A DNA stretch of 64,000 nucleotides from an uncultured delta proteobacterium (GTDB lineage Bacteria > Desulfobacterota > Desulfuromonadia > Geobacterales > Pseudopelobacteraceae), in the NCBI GenBank assembly GCA_963772835.1, contig CAVYYZ010000009.1:1-64000 (forward strand), read 5' to 3'. Positions 13,371 through 22,597 of this stretch are shown piece after piece; the stretch's first letter is position 1; each line of letters begins with the position of its first letter. Below the pieces are notes generated by a model that was not told where the DNA came from, ran no database searches, and saw only the letters and a list, made by a program, of their open reading frames with translations. The position numbers and the translations under genes were made by a program.

Positions 13371-13550
13371 GACGACGCGCAGCGGCGATATCATCATCGC
13401 GATGATCATGAACCGCACAGAAAACTCGCCGCTGGGGTGTACAAGGTCGAACGCCGTCACCGGATCGCCAATAAAGCCCGCCACCATGCCAATGGCCGGA
13501 AGCGCGAGCAACAACCAGAATAGCTGAGGAATTTTCAATATACGCAGCAT
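13371..13550 (-). CDS. Ferric-reductase-like transmembrane (MsrQ/YedZ-like) protein, 5' fragment
   Basis: MLRILKIPQLFWLLLALPAIGM..LVHPSGEFSVRFMIIAMMISPLR fits the MsrQ N-terminal G..A/S..LxxT/SPLR pattern; cut at junction. Confidence 0.7.
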
Positions 13551-13700
13551 GTTAACCCTTAACCCGCTGACCAGTATTAACCGGCCCGTTACGCCATACA
13601 CCCAAAATATTGCACGCAACACAGCGTATTGCCATCCCTACCGGAGCGTTAACCAACCTCGGCACGGCTGGGTTAAAGTTCGCCGTGTAAACCATAAGCC

Positions 13701-14633
13701 ATGAACCCCACCGCCCCTTTGCCGATCTACCCCAATGCCCTCCCACCGCACGCCTGTGCCACCGCTGCCGCAGCGGCGGAGGCGTCGGAAATGGAGGACG
13801 TGTTGCCGCTGGGCATGACACCTGCAGCGTTGGTGAAGGCATATGTTGCCGCATGCGCCGCGCCATCGCGTAGCAGGCCCCGGCGCGGCGGCGATCAAAC
13901 ACTTGATGACCCACGGTTTTCGAGCAATCGGCGCTCGCCCGAATTTCAGCGCATGGCGCTGGTCGCTGCGCTGGCTGGTATGATCGCCGGATGCAGCATG
14001 GTCCCTGAAGGCCGCAGTATCGCCCGCGCACCTGTGGCGGCACCCGTGCGAACCGCTGCGCTGCCTGCCCCGCCCAAGGCGGATACCCGCCAGTGCATCA
14101 GCGCGCTCAGCAAGGCGCAGGTGCGGTTCACGCCGGTGCCCGACCAGACCTTCGGCGCGGGATGCTCGCAACTGGGCAGCGTGCGGCTATCGACGATCGC
14201 GCTAACCGATGCACCGCGTGGGCTGGACGAACTGGCGATCAGCAACATCGGCCCGGTGCGTTGCGAGCTGGCGCAAAGGTTCGCGGGCTGGGCGCAGTTT
14301 GGCGTCGCGCGCGCGGCCGAACAGATGCTGGGCAGTCCGCTGGTGAAGATCGAGACGATGGGCAGCTATTCGTGCCGCACGATCGCAGGGTCTGCCAAAC
14401 TTTCCCAGCACGCGCACGCCAACGCCATCGATATCGCCGCATTCGTGTTGGCCGATGGCCGCCGCATTTCGGTAAAACAGGGGTGGAACGGCTCGAACCA
14501 GGAACGCGCCTTCCTGCGCACCATCCATGGCAGCGCTTGCAAACGCTTCGGCACGGTGCTGGGGCCAGACTATAACGCCGCGCACCGCGATCATCTGCAC
14601 GTCGACATGAGCGGCCAGGGCTATTGCCGATAG
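13701..14633 (+). CDS. Extensin-like C-terminal domain (peptidase M15-like) lipoprotein; true start probably later (~13953)
   Basis: MGSYSCRTIAG, LSQHAHANAIDIAAF.LADGRRISV, AC..FGTVLGPDYNAAHRDHLHVD; lipobox IAGC. Confidence 0.85.
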   Translation: MNPTAPLPIYPNALPPHACATAAAAAEASEMEDVLPLGMTPAALVKAYVAACAAPSRSRPRRGGDQTLDDPRFSSNRRSPEFQRMALVAALAGMIAGCSMVPEGRSIARAPVAAPVRTAALPAPPKADTRQCISALSKAQVRFTPVPDQTFGAGCSQLGSVRLSTIALTDAPRGLDELAISNIGPVRCELAQRFAGWAQFGVARAAEQMLGSPLVKIETMGSYSCRTIAGSAKLSQHAHANAIDIAAFVLADGRRISVKQGWNGSNQERAFLRTIHGSACKRFGTVLGPDYNAAHRDHLHVDMSGQGYCR

Positions 14634-14672
14634 GGCTTGCACACCCCTTTGCCCCCGCCTAATTGCCGTGCA

Positions 14673-15542
14673 ATGACGAAAAAAGAACTGACCGAGCCGC
14701 GCTTTCGCAAAGCCTCCGAAGACGCCCGCACCGCAGAATTTGCCGTGCACGATACCCCGCAGACACAGGACCCTGCCTACCGGCTGGCCTTTGGCGACAC
14801 CGATTTTCTGCTGCGGCAGGAACTGCGACCCGTGCGCTTTCAGCTTGAGCTGTTAAAAACCGAGATGCTGCTCGAGGAATCGGGCATCGGATCGACCTTG
14901 GTGATCTACGGTTCGGCACGCATCCCAGCGCCCGACAAGACAGAGGGACTGGTCGAGGCCGCGCGCACGCCGGAAGAAAAGCAGATCGCCGAGCGGCTGG
15001 TCGCCAAGGCCAAATATTACGAACAGTCGCGTAAACTTGCCGCACTCGCCAGCGAATGCGGCGTGATCGAAGACGGCAAGCGTCAGTTCGTCGTCTGTTC
15101 AGGCGGCGGTCCATCGATCATGGAAGCTGCCAACCGGGGCGCGGCCGATGTCGGTGCGGAATCGGTTGGCCTCAACATCGTCCTGCCGCATGAGCAGGCC
15201 CCCAACCGCTATGTCACCCCGCACCTTTCGTTCCAGTTCCACTATTTTGCGCTGCGCAAGATGCACTTCCTGCTGCGCGCACGCGCGGTGGCGGTGTTCC
15301 CGGGCGGCTTTGGCACGTTCGACGAATTCTTCGAGCTGCTCACGCTGATCCAGACGGGCAAGATGGCCGCTATACCCATCGTGCTGTTTGGCAAGGAGTT
15401 CTGGAACCGCGTCGTCAATTTCGAAGCGCTGGCAGAAGAAGGCGTGGTCTCGCCTGCAAACCTCGGGCTGTTCAGTTTCGTCGAAACCGCCGAAGAAGCC
15501 TGGGACAAGATCCGCACATTTTACGACCTGCCCTGCGATTGA
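14673..15542 (+). CDS. LOG family (TIGR00730-type) nucleotide phosphoribohydrolase
   Basis: YGSAR, SGGGPSIMEAANRGA, LPHEQ.PN.Y, FHYFALRKMHF, FPGGFGTFDE. Confidence 0.9.
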   Translation: MTKKELTEPRFRKASEDARTAEFAVHDTPQTQDPAYRLAFGDTDFLLRQELRPVRFQLELLKTEMLLEESGIGSTLVIYGSARIPAPDKTEGLVEAARTPEEKQIAERLVAKAKYYEQSRKLAALASECGVIEDGKRQFVVCSGGGPSIMEAANRGAADVGAESVGLNIVLPHEQAPNRYVTPHLSFQFHYFALRKMHFLLRARAVAVFPGGFGTFDEFFELLTLIQTGKMAAIPIVLFGKEFWNRVVNFEALAEEGVVSPANLGLFSFVETAEEAWDKIRTFYDLPCD

Positions 15543-15554
15543 GAATGTCGGCGG

Positions 15555-16358
15555 CTATTGGCCCAGTTCGACGCTGCGCCGGGCCGCCGCTGCCATTGCC
15601 TCACTGACCAGATTATCCAACGCTTCATCAGCATCGAACACGTTGAGCGCCGCGCGCGTCGTGCCGCCCGGACTCGCGACGCGTTCTGCGAGCTGTGCGG
15701 GGGTTTCCGGTGACTGGTGCGCGAGTTCTGCCGCGCCGCGCACCATGGCAAGCGCAAAACGCGCCGCTTGGTCTTCTGCCATGCCAAGCGCAACCGCGCC
15801 TTTGCCCAGCGCGTCGATGAAGCGGAACAGGTAAGCAGGGCCGGACCCGCTCAGTGCTGTGACAAGGTGGATCTGCGATTCTTCGGACAACCACTCTGCG
15901 GAGCCCAGCATGGCGAACATTGCCTCAAGCCGTGCGCGTTCGGCATCTTCGAGCGGCTCGGCGTACAGCGCGGTGATCGACTGGCCGATGCCGACGGCCA
16001 TGTTGGGCATCACGCGCGCTACGGCCCGGCACGACGGGATTGCCTTGCGCAGCCCGGCGATCTCAACCCCCGCCAGCATCGAGACGACAAGCGTTCCCGA
16101 CAGGTCGAGCTTGGCGAACTGCGGCGCAACATCGACCAACATCTGCGGCTTGATGCCCAGCAGCAGCCAAGCGGGCGGTGTGATGCTGCTGTCGATGTGC
16201 GTCAAATGGCGCACGCCTTCCGGCAGATCACGCGGGGATGGATCGACGACGGTGACGCTTGCGGGCTCAAGTCCCTGCGCAAACCACCCGCGCATCATCG
16301 CACCTGCCATATTGCCGGAGCCGATGACGAGAAGGGATTGGGGGAAAACCTCAGACAT
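15555..16358 (-). CDS. proC: Pyrroline-5-carboxylate reductase
   Basis: IGSGNMAGAM, KPQ, RVMPN, TALSGSGPAY, VASPGGTT. Confidence 0.95.
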   Translation of the reverse strand: MSEVFPQSLLVIGSGNMAGAMMRGWFAQGLEPASVTVVDPSPRDLPEGVRHLTHIDSSITPPAWLLLGIKPQMLVDVAPQFAKLDLSGTLVVSMLAGVEIAGLRKAIPSCRAVARVMPNMAVGIGQSITALYAEPLEDAERARLEAMFAMLGSAEWLSEESQIHLVTALSGSGPAYLFRFIDALGKGAVALGMAEDQAARFALAMVRGAAELAHQSPETPAQLAERVASPGGTTRAALNVFDADEALDNLVSEAMAAAARRSVELGQ

Positions 16359-16365
16359 ACAAAAC

Positions 16366-16486
16366 CCCGTTTGTCCCGAGCCCTTCGACTAGCCGATAAG
16401 TCGGCCGCTCAGGGTAAACTAAAGTCGAGGGACGTCTACGCTACCGTTGGCGATTACGTCCCTCGACTTCGCTCGGGACAAACGGG
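16366..16486. repeat. REP-like imperfect palindrome with a nested insert
   Basis: Outer IR CCCGTTTGTCCCGAGC / GCTCGGGACAAACGGG; inner IR AAGTCGAGGGACGT / ACGTCCCTCGACTT. Confidence 0.8.
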
Positions 16487-16508
16487 ATGGGTGCGATTGT
16501 TTAGCCGA

Positions 16509-17012
16509 TCAAGCCTCGCCTTGCGTATCGATCAGCGCTGCTGCCAGTGCGTCCTGCGGGGATTTATCCCCCCACAGGATGAACTGGAACACCGGGTAAA
16601 ACCGGTCGCACTCGTCGATCGCGGCCTCAACTGCAAGCTGTGCCTGATCCAGCCCCAGCATCGCATCGCTGCCCAGCATCATGCCGTTGCGATACAGCAC
16701 AACGCCGCTGTTGGACCAGATGTCGAAATGCCCCAGCCACAGCTGCTCGTTGATCAGCGCCAAGGCCTCGCAGATCACCGCAAACTTCTCGTCCGGCACG
16801 CGAATGTCGGGCATTGCCAGCAACTGCAGTACGTTATCCTCGTGCCGCCAGATGGCGCGCAGCTGATAGCTGGTCCAGCTGCCCTTGACCTCGGTCAGCA
16901 GCTCGTCCTCGCCCACCATTTCGCACGGCCAGCCCCGCGCCTCGAACAGCGCGGCCAGCATGTCCACCGGCGCAGCTTCTTCCCGGTCCAGATCAAGCTG
17001 CTGTTCGTTCAC
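16509..17012 (-). CDS. YbjN domain protein
   Basis: LALINEQLWLGHFDIWS..GVVLYR, AIDECDRFYPVFQFILWG; GTG start preceded by GAAGGAA. Confidence 0.85.
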   Translation of the reverse strand: MNEQQLDLDREEAAPVDMLAALFEARGWPCEMVGEDELLTEVKGSWTSYQLRAIWRHEDNVLQLLAMPDIRVPDEKFAVICEALALINEQLWLGHFDIWSNSGVVLYRNGMMLGSDAMLGLDQAQLAVEAAIDECDRFYPVFQFILWGDKSPQDALAAALIDTQGEA

Positions 17013-17128
17013 GTAATGTGTTCCTTCCACGCCAATGCGCGTGCCTGCAAACTGCCGTTATGGCAGGCAGCACGCAATGGCATTGCCCCCAGTCCATGCC
17101 CGTATCCGGGGAAAGTCTGTTCAAAAAC

Positions 17129-17137
17129 TGTGGATAA
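17129..17137 (-). promoter_or_regulatory. DnaA box (TTATCCACA)
   Basis: Exact TGTGGATAA on + strand in the ubiK-ybjN intergenic gap. Confidence 0.4.
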
Positions 17138-17155
17138 CGGGTTGATAACGGCAGA

Positions 17156-17230
17156 TCAGTCCGAAATACCAGCCGGCTTGACCGCAATCGAGGCTTCCAG
17201 CGCGGCAACCCGCGCCTTGAGGTCTTCCCG
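17156..17230 (-). CDS. ubiK: UbiK/BMFP family accessory factor, 3' fragment
   Basis: REDLKARVAALEASIAVKPAGISD* coiled-coil C-terminus in the expected position upstream of ybjN-proC; cut at junction. Confidence 0.65.
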   Translation of the reverse strand, partial: REDLKARVAALEASIAVKPAGISD

Positions 17231-17232
17231 TG

Positions 17233-17490
17233 GGCCACATCAGCGGAGTTCAGGCCGAGGTAGGTGGCGTAGATACGAAGAAACCCCTTGAGGTATGCCT
17301 GATTGGCAAATTCACGGATCTGGTCGTCTTCCAGTGCTTTCAGGTGAGAAATGCCTATTTTAGTTGTTTCCGAAGCTTCCTCGAGTGTAATTCCATGAAA
17401 TTCCCGGCAGCGGCGGAGTATTGCCCCGGGCGAACCACTAAGCGTTTCCGGCAAGGCTGAAACCGAATCTGACGCTCTGATCTCACTCAT
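17233..17490 (-). CDS. rodZ: RodZ-like HTH protein, 5' fragment
   Basis: PGAILRRCRE..GITLEEASETTKIGISHLKALE....AYLKGFLRIYATYLGL; follows the PilF-like TPR gene; cut at junction. Confidence 0.8.
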
Positions 17491-18248
17491 TTGATAAGCT
17501 CCAGATAGCCCAACGCTGCGCGACCAAGCTCGCTCTCGGGTATAAACCGCACCGCCTCTTTAAATGAAGCGCGGGCAGCACTGATTCTGTTCAGCTTGAG
17601 CTGCGCCTGGCCCAGGTAATAGTGGGCCGCACCATAATCACGATAAATCTCAAGCGCCTTGGTATATTCAACAATCGCCTGCTCGCTTTTATCCATCGCA
17701 AACCAGACCCGGCCGAGGTAAAGACGCACAACTGGATTACGCGGATTCATGACTTCGACACTCTGCAGCTCTTCCAGTGCCTTGGGGTAATCACCTTTCC
17801 CCAGGTAAGCCAGTCCCAGATTAATGGAGGCATTTACATTATTGTCGTAAAAAAGATCATCCTTTACGATTTTGAACTGCTGAATAGCACTGTCCCAGCG
17901 CTTCATGTCCAGATAGGCTACTCCCAGATCGTTGCGGGCAACAGAGAAATTCGCTTTCAGAGAGATAGCTTTCAAAAATTTTGGTTCAGCAAGGTCCGGG
18001 CGTTTTTTACCGACAAGGGCCAGACCGAGATTATAGAGGACATCCGGATTATCCTGGTCAAGTTTCTCGGCCTCAGTCAGCTCAAACAGAGCGGAGGTAT
18101 AATTGTGCTCCCCGAGATAGGAAAGCCCCATTTGATAATGATAGGAACCTGGATTAGGCATGGGATTATTACGACCACGACCGGATACACACCCGGAAAC
18201 GGTCAGAAACAGAATCAGAACAGCTAAGAAGTAGATACTATTTTTCAT
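17487..18248 (-). CDS. TPR lipoprotein (PilF/PilW/Tgl pilotin-like)
   Basis: Lipobox VSGC; TPR motifs YNLGLAL, NDLGVAYL, INLGLAYL, HYYLG. Confidence 0.85.
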   Translation of the reverse strand: MKNSIYFLAVLILFLTVSGCVSGRGRNNPMPNPGSYHYQMGLSYLGEHNYTSALFELTEAEKLDQDNPDVLYNLGLALVGKKRPDLAEPKFLKAISLKANFSVARNDLGVAYLDMKRWDSAIQQFKIVKDDLFYDNNVNASINLGLAYLGKGDYPKALEELQSVEVMNPRNPVVRLYLGRVWFAMDKSEQAIVEYTKALEIYRDYGAAHYYLGQAQLKLNRISAARASFKEAVRFIPESELGRAALGYLELIK

Positions 18249-18344
18249 TTCACACCCGTCTTACGTCCTGCGTTGTAGGGGGCAAGTGCGCCCGTGCTGC
18301 AAAAGTCGACAAGCAACCAGAGTGTACATGACTACGCCCCGGCA

Positions 18345-19259
18345 TCAGAAAGAAATATCCCGGAAACGTGTCAGCGCTTTGAATTTACCGTAACGGGCCT
18401 CAATCTCTTTATACTCAAGTCGCTTCATACGATTAAGGCTGAAATCCTCGACGTTAAAAGAGGCCATGACGCTGCCGAACACGATCGCCTGACGCAGCCC
18501 CTCTTCAGAAAGGTCACCCGTGTTTGCCAGGTACCCCATAAAACCTCCGGCAAAAGTATCTCCCGCACCGGTCGGATCGAACACCTCTTCCAGAGGATAG
18601 GCCGGAGCGGCAAAAACAGTTTCGGCGGTGAACATCAGGACACCGTATTCACCTCTTTTGATAACAAGTCGCTTGCAGCCGAGGGCAATAATCTGCCGGG
18701 CAGCTTTTACCAGGTTGGCTTCTCCGGTGAACTGACGCGCTTCACCTTCGTTGATGACGACAATATCGACTTTCTGAAGCACCTTCTTCAGTGCTTCCGG
18801 CTTGGAGGATATCCAAAAGTTCATAGTATCACATGCCACAAGCTTTGGTTGCCGTACCTGTTGCAGCACTTTCATCTGCAGGTCGGGGTCGATATTGGCC
18901 AGAAAGAGATATTCCGCATCGCGGTAGGATTCCGGGAGTTCCGGTTTAAAATCCATGAGCACGTTAAGCTGAGTGTCAAGCGTCTGGGCTTCATTCAGGT
19001 CATACCCGTAGCGACCGCTCCATTGGAACGTCTTGCCTGGAGTGCGCTGCAAACCGGCGGTATCTATGTTGCGACTCTGCAAAAAACTGACATGTTCTTC
19101 CGGAAAGTCATCTCCAACAACAGCAACCAGGGAAACATCGGCAAAGAAGCTGGCAGATGTCGAAAAATAGGTGGCCGACCCCCCCAGAACGTTCTCTCCC
19201 CTCCCGAAAGGGGTTTCAACTGTGTCAAAAGCCACTGTGCCGACAACGACAATACTCAT
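18345..19259 (-). CDS. PfkB family sugar/nucleoside kinase
   Basis: LGGSATY, INEGEA, DPTGAGDTFAGG. Confidence 0.93.
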   Translation of the reverse strand: MSIVVVGTVAFDTVETPFGRGENVLGGSATYFSTSASFFADVSLVAVVGDDFPEEHVSFLQSRNIDTAGLQRTPGKTFQWSGRYGYDLNEAQTLDTQLNVLMDFKPELPESYRDAEYLFLANIDPDLQMKVLQQVRQPKLVACDTMNFWISSKPEALKKVLQKVDIVVINEGEARQFTGEANLVKAARQIIALGCKRLVIKRGEYGVLMFTAETVFAAPAYPLEEVFDPTGAGDTFAGGFMGYLANTGDLSEEGLRQAIVFGSVMASFNVEDFSLNRMKRLEYKEIEARYGKFKALTRFRDISF

Positions 19260-19394
19260 TGGTTTCTCCCGTTTGAAATAAGAAGCAACGTACCACGCAG
19301 CTCAAAATGAGTCAAAAGGATTGTAAATGTGTGCTCTGGAGACTCCGGAAAAAAACTCCTGGTTTCCGATTCAGACGACACGGGGCAGATTCCG

Positions 19395-20693
19395 CTATTC
19401 CCCCGCCACACCCATAGCCCAGAGATAGTTGACCCGCGCCACGCGGAAATCACGACGAGCCCTTGCCAGATTACTTCTGGCAAGGAGCAGATTTAGTTGA
19501 GCATCATCGACCTCCAGCCTGATCTTGACACCGAATTCATACCCTTTTTCAGCCATTTTAACCAACCGTTCAGCCTGTTTTACCGTGCCGGAAAGTGCCT
19601 TGAGTATCTCGTCGGCCTCGTGGAATGAAAATTCCGCCTGGCGGACTTCAAGTGCTATCGAATCCAGCAGCTTTGCCTCTTCGATCTGTTTTGTACGCAA
19701 CTCGCTTTTGGCCTGCGCAACTCTGCCGCTCGTCCGGAGACCATCAAATAGCGGGAACGTCATGAACAGGCCGACATTCCACGCTGCACCGTCGGCTTCC
19801 TTGGACGGGCCGGGGTCATCCAGACGCGACCAATGCCAGCCGGCACTTCCCTTCAGGTCAAGCCGTGGTTTATTGTCTGCATTGGCAATGGTTATCAGTT
19901 CGTCATAAATGCCGATACGATGTCGCAGATCAGCCAACTCCGGTCTACGTGTGCCGGCAATTCGAACAGCTTCATCATAGCCGGCCGGCAATGGGCGATC
20001 GGTTTCCGGTTCTTCCAGAGATCCCGAGACATCGACCTCTTCGGCCTTCATGGACAGCAGAATACCGAGCCGCTCGCGAGTCATGCGGATAGTGTTCCCG
20101 GAACGGATGACTTCCGGAACCGTATTATCAGCCGCCACTTCAGCGGCCAGCACATCATAGTCAGTCGCAACACCGGAGTCAAACTTGCGCCTGGCTTCAT
20201 CAAGATGCCGCTGCTTCTGACTCCGGTTTTCCTGCGCCAGCCGGGATAGCTCGCGGGCCAGCTGAATATCGTGATAGGCCGCAACAACGTCCCGGTATGC
20301 CGCCTGCTGATACAGCCGCAGCTGCTGGTCTGCAGTTTTCAGACCGATCTCCGCGGCGCGTATACCGGCACTCAGCTTACCCCAGGTGAAGAGCGGCTGG
20401 GACAGCGTCAGGTCAACCGCCCGGTTATACTGGCGCTGTGTAAGGGCACCTTCCACTTTCTGACTCTCGTCCTTTAAGAGTTGCGCAGATCCGTTGAGAG
20501 ACAATTGCGGCAGGGCAGCGGCCCGCTCCTCAACATATTTTCCCTGAACGTAGCGGGCGTACTCGCGCGCATTTTCGATATCGCGGTTTTTCTCCATTGC
20601 AATCGAGATCGCCTGATCCAGCGTCAACACTCTGGTTTCGGCACTGCATATCACAGGAAGAAGCACTGCGAAAACCACCCATAAAAAGTTCAT
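19395..20693 (-). CDS. TolC family outer-membrane efflux protein
   Basis: Signal peptide; LTLDQAI..A; LPQLSL; LSQPLF; PLFDG; AGGAG RBS before ATG 20693. Confidence 0.92.
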   Translation of the reverse strand: MNFLWVVFAVLLPVICSAETRVLTLDQAISIAMEKNRDIENAREYARYVQGKYVEERAAALPQLSLNGSAQLLKDESQKVEGALTQRQYNRAVDLTLSQPLFTWGKLSAGIRAAEIGLKTADQQLRLYQQAAYRDVVAAYHDIQLARELSRLAQENRSQKQRHLDEARRKFDSGVATDYDVLAAEVAADNTVPEVIRSGNTIRMTRERLGILLSMKAEEVDVSGSLEEPETDRPLPAGYDEAVRIAGTRRPELADLRHRIGIYDELITIANADNKPRLDLKGSAGWHWSRLDDPGPSKEADGAAWNVGLFMTFPLFDGLRTSGRVAQAKSELRTKQIEEAKLLDSIALEVRQAEFSFHEADEILKALSGTVKQAERLVKMAEKGYEFGVKIRLEVDDAQLNLLLARSNLARARRDFRVARVNYLWAMGVAGE

Positions 20694-20854
20694 TGCCGAA
20701 CGTCTCCTTTCAACACAAAACGGCATGTTGGCCACGAAAATAACGAATAAATACGGACAAAGCTTACCATCAAAACAAACGATTCATCTGGTTAAACCTG
20801 AACGGTTGAGCACGTTATTCTTTCGCCATATCGTGTCGTTCGTGGATAACAGTC

Positions 20855-22597
20855 TTATATGACGACTCCACGCCGCCAGCCGCGCACCGAGTTGATCAGC
20901 CATACTTCATCGGCATGCGTCAGATCCTCGGGGTAGAGAATTTTTTCCAGGATTTTTCCCTTTTCAAGCAGTTCCTCCCGCAGTACCCCCGGCAGCAGAC
21001 CGCAGGCGAGAGGAGGGGTGACAAGCCGGTCGGCCACTTTTACAACAAGAGTATGGTAACTTCCCTCTGTCAACTGACCGTGTTCATTGAGAAGCAGAAC
21101 TTCGTCGCAGTCTGAACGGACTGACCGGGCAGAATCGATATTTTCCCGGAGGGTTGTCTTGTGATAACAAAAACAATTTCCCGAATGTACCTGTATCGAG
21201 CTGATTCCAACCCGTAACGGCGCGGTTTCCTCAGTCAATACATCAGATACCAGATCAATGCCGCCATTCGATGACACAAGAAGACGGACCTTGTAAAGAC
21301 CCGTTTTTTGAGTAGCAATCTGTGAAAGTTCGCTTCGGATCTTTTCCGGGTCACACGTAAACCCGAAATATCCCGCTGAAGCCTCCAACCTGGCCATGTG
21401 CCTGTCCAGGAGCGTATACACCGCATTCTCCAGCCTCATTGTTTCAATTAACTGGAATTCATTCTGCTGATGATGAAGAAACTCTGCTTTACTCAAACAT
21501 TCGGTATATTCCGAAAACGCTTCAGAATCCCAGGTGACGGCGCTTCCGACTCCCATAGTCAGCGTGTCAGAATTCTTATCAAAAAGCATGGTCCGGATTG
21601 CAACTGAAAAAAGCGCCTCACCTCCAGGGGCAACAAAGCCGATAGCCCCGCAGTAGATCCCACGCGGTGCATTTTCGATCTCAGATATTATTTCCATACC
21701 GCGCCGTTTGGGAGCCCCGGTCACGGAACCGCACGGAAACAGTCCCGAAAAAATATCCGTCAAACCCGTGCCCGGGCGCAGTCGTGCCGATACGGTGGAG
21801 GTCATCTGGTGCACTGTCGGATACGTTTCTACGTCAAACAATGCATCGACCGTTACAGAGCCGGTTTCAGCAATTATTCCGAGATCGTTACGCAACAGAT
21901 CCACAATCATAAGGTTTTCGGCCCTCTCTTTGGGGCTCTCCCGCAACTTCTCGACAGCAGAGCAGTCTTCATCGGACCAGCGTCCGCGACTGGCAGTGCC
22001 CTTCATCGGGCACACCGTAATGGCGTCATCCTTCAGCGCAAAAAACAGCTCCGGAGAGGCAGAAATGACGGTGAAACGGCCAATGTCAAGGAAAGCGCAG
22101 AACGGCGCCCGCTGCGCGGGGCCAACCTGAGAGTACAGTTCCTGCAGATTCCCCTTGAAAACCCCCTGCAGTGGAAACGTATGGTTAACCTGATAACAAT
22201 CGCCGTTGGCAATATAGTTCCGGATACGCTCAACGTCTCCGGAATACTGCTCAAATCCTTTCAGGGGTTCCAGCTTGATGTCAACGGCGGAGAGCCGAAA
22301 CCGGTCTCCGGCATCGACGCTATGTCGTCCCCGGTAGAGGGCAAACCAGACAAGCGGCAGTCCCGCGAGCGGCGGAACAGAAGGCAGGTCCGGATTAAGT
22401 GATGAAGCCGCTTCGTACGCGACAAAGCCGACAGCGTACAGTCCCTCTGCTGCTGCCTGTTCAGCCCGGTTCAGCGCCTCTACTACCTCATGGCTATGGA
22501 TTGCGACGATTGTTTTGATATACCCATCGAAACGCCATGACGAGGCAAATGAGTGAGTGCCGAATGAATCGAAGAGAACCGTAGGGCAATCAGGCAT
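20855..22597 (-). CDS. pabB: Aminodeoxychorismate synthase component I fused to a PabC-like class IV aminotransferase/lyase domain
   Basis: GDCYQVN, SASPELFF, PMKGT, KERAENLMIVDLLRND, FPCGSVTGAPK; C-terminal HKTT.R, TEGS, TPPL..GLLPGVLR, NSVRGW. Confidence 0.92.
   Translation of the reverse strand: MPDCPTVLFDSFGTHSFASSWRFDGYIKTIVAIHSHEVVEALNRAEQAAAEGLYAVGFVAYEAASSLNPDLPSVPPLAGLPLVWFALYRGRHSVDAGDRFRLSAVDIKLEPLKGFEQYSGDVERIRNYIANGDCYQVNHTFPLQGVFKGNLQELYSQVGPAQRAPFCAFLDIGRFTVISASPELFFALKDDAITVCPMKGTASRGRWSDEDCSAVEKLRESPKERAENLMIVDLLRNDLGIIAETGSVTVDALFDVETYPTVHQMTSTVSARLRPGTGLTDIFSGLFPCGSVTGAPKRRGMEIISEIENAPRGIYCGAIGFVAPGGEALFSVAIRTMLFDKNSDTLTMGVGSAVTWDSEAFSEYTECLSKAEFLHHQQNEFQLIETMRLENAVYTLLDRHMARLEASAGYFGFTCDPEKIRSELSQIATQKTGLYKVRLLVSSNGGIDLVSDVLTEETAPLRVGISSIQVHSGNCFCYHKTTLRENIDSARSVRSDCDEVLLLNEHGQLTEGSYHTLVVKVADRLVTPPLACGLLPGVLREELLEKGKILEKILYPEDLTHADEVWLINSVRGWRRGVVI

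Larger units (their letters stand above)
13371..17232. other. Segment 2: GC-rich alphaproteobacterial (Sphingomonadales-like) DNA
   Basis: Abrupt GC rise; ubiK-ybjN-proC gene order typical of Alphaproteobacteria; sphingomonad-type palindromic repeat. Confidence 0.85.

Noticed and set aside
13360..17240. Bacterial DNA horizontally transferred into a diatom
   Set aside because: Genes are cut on both sides of each join, no integration signatures are present, and a third unrelated genome follows; concatenation is the simpler explanation
15717..17291. 524-aa + strand ORF and other long antisense ORFs (e.g. 18294..19310, 51893..52693, 53888..54694)
   Set aside because: Shadows of well-supported genes on the opposite strand; the first also crosses a junction
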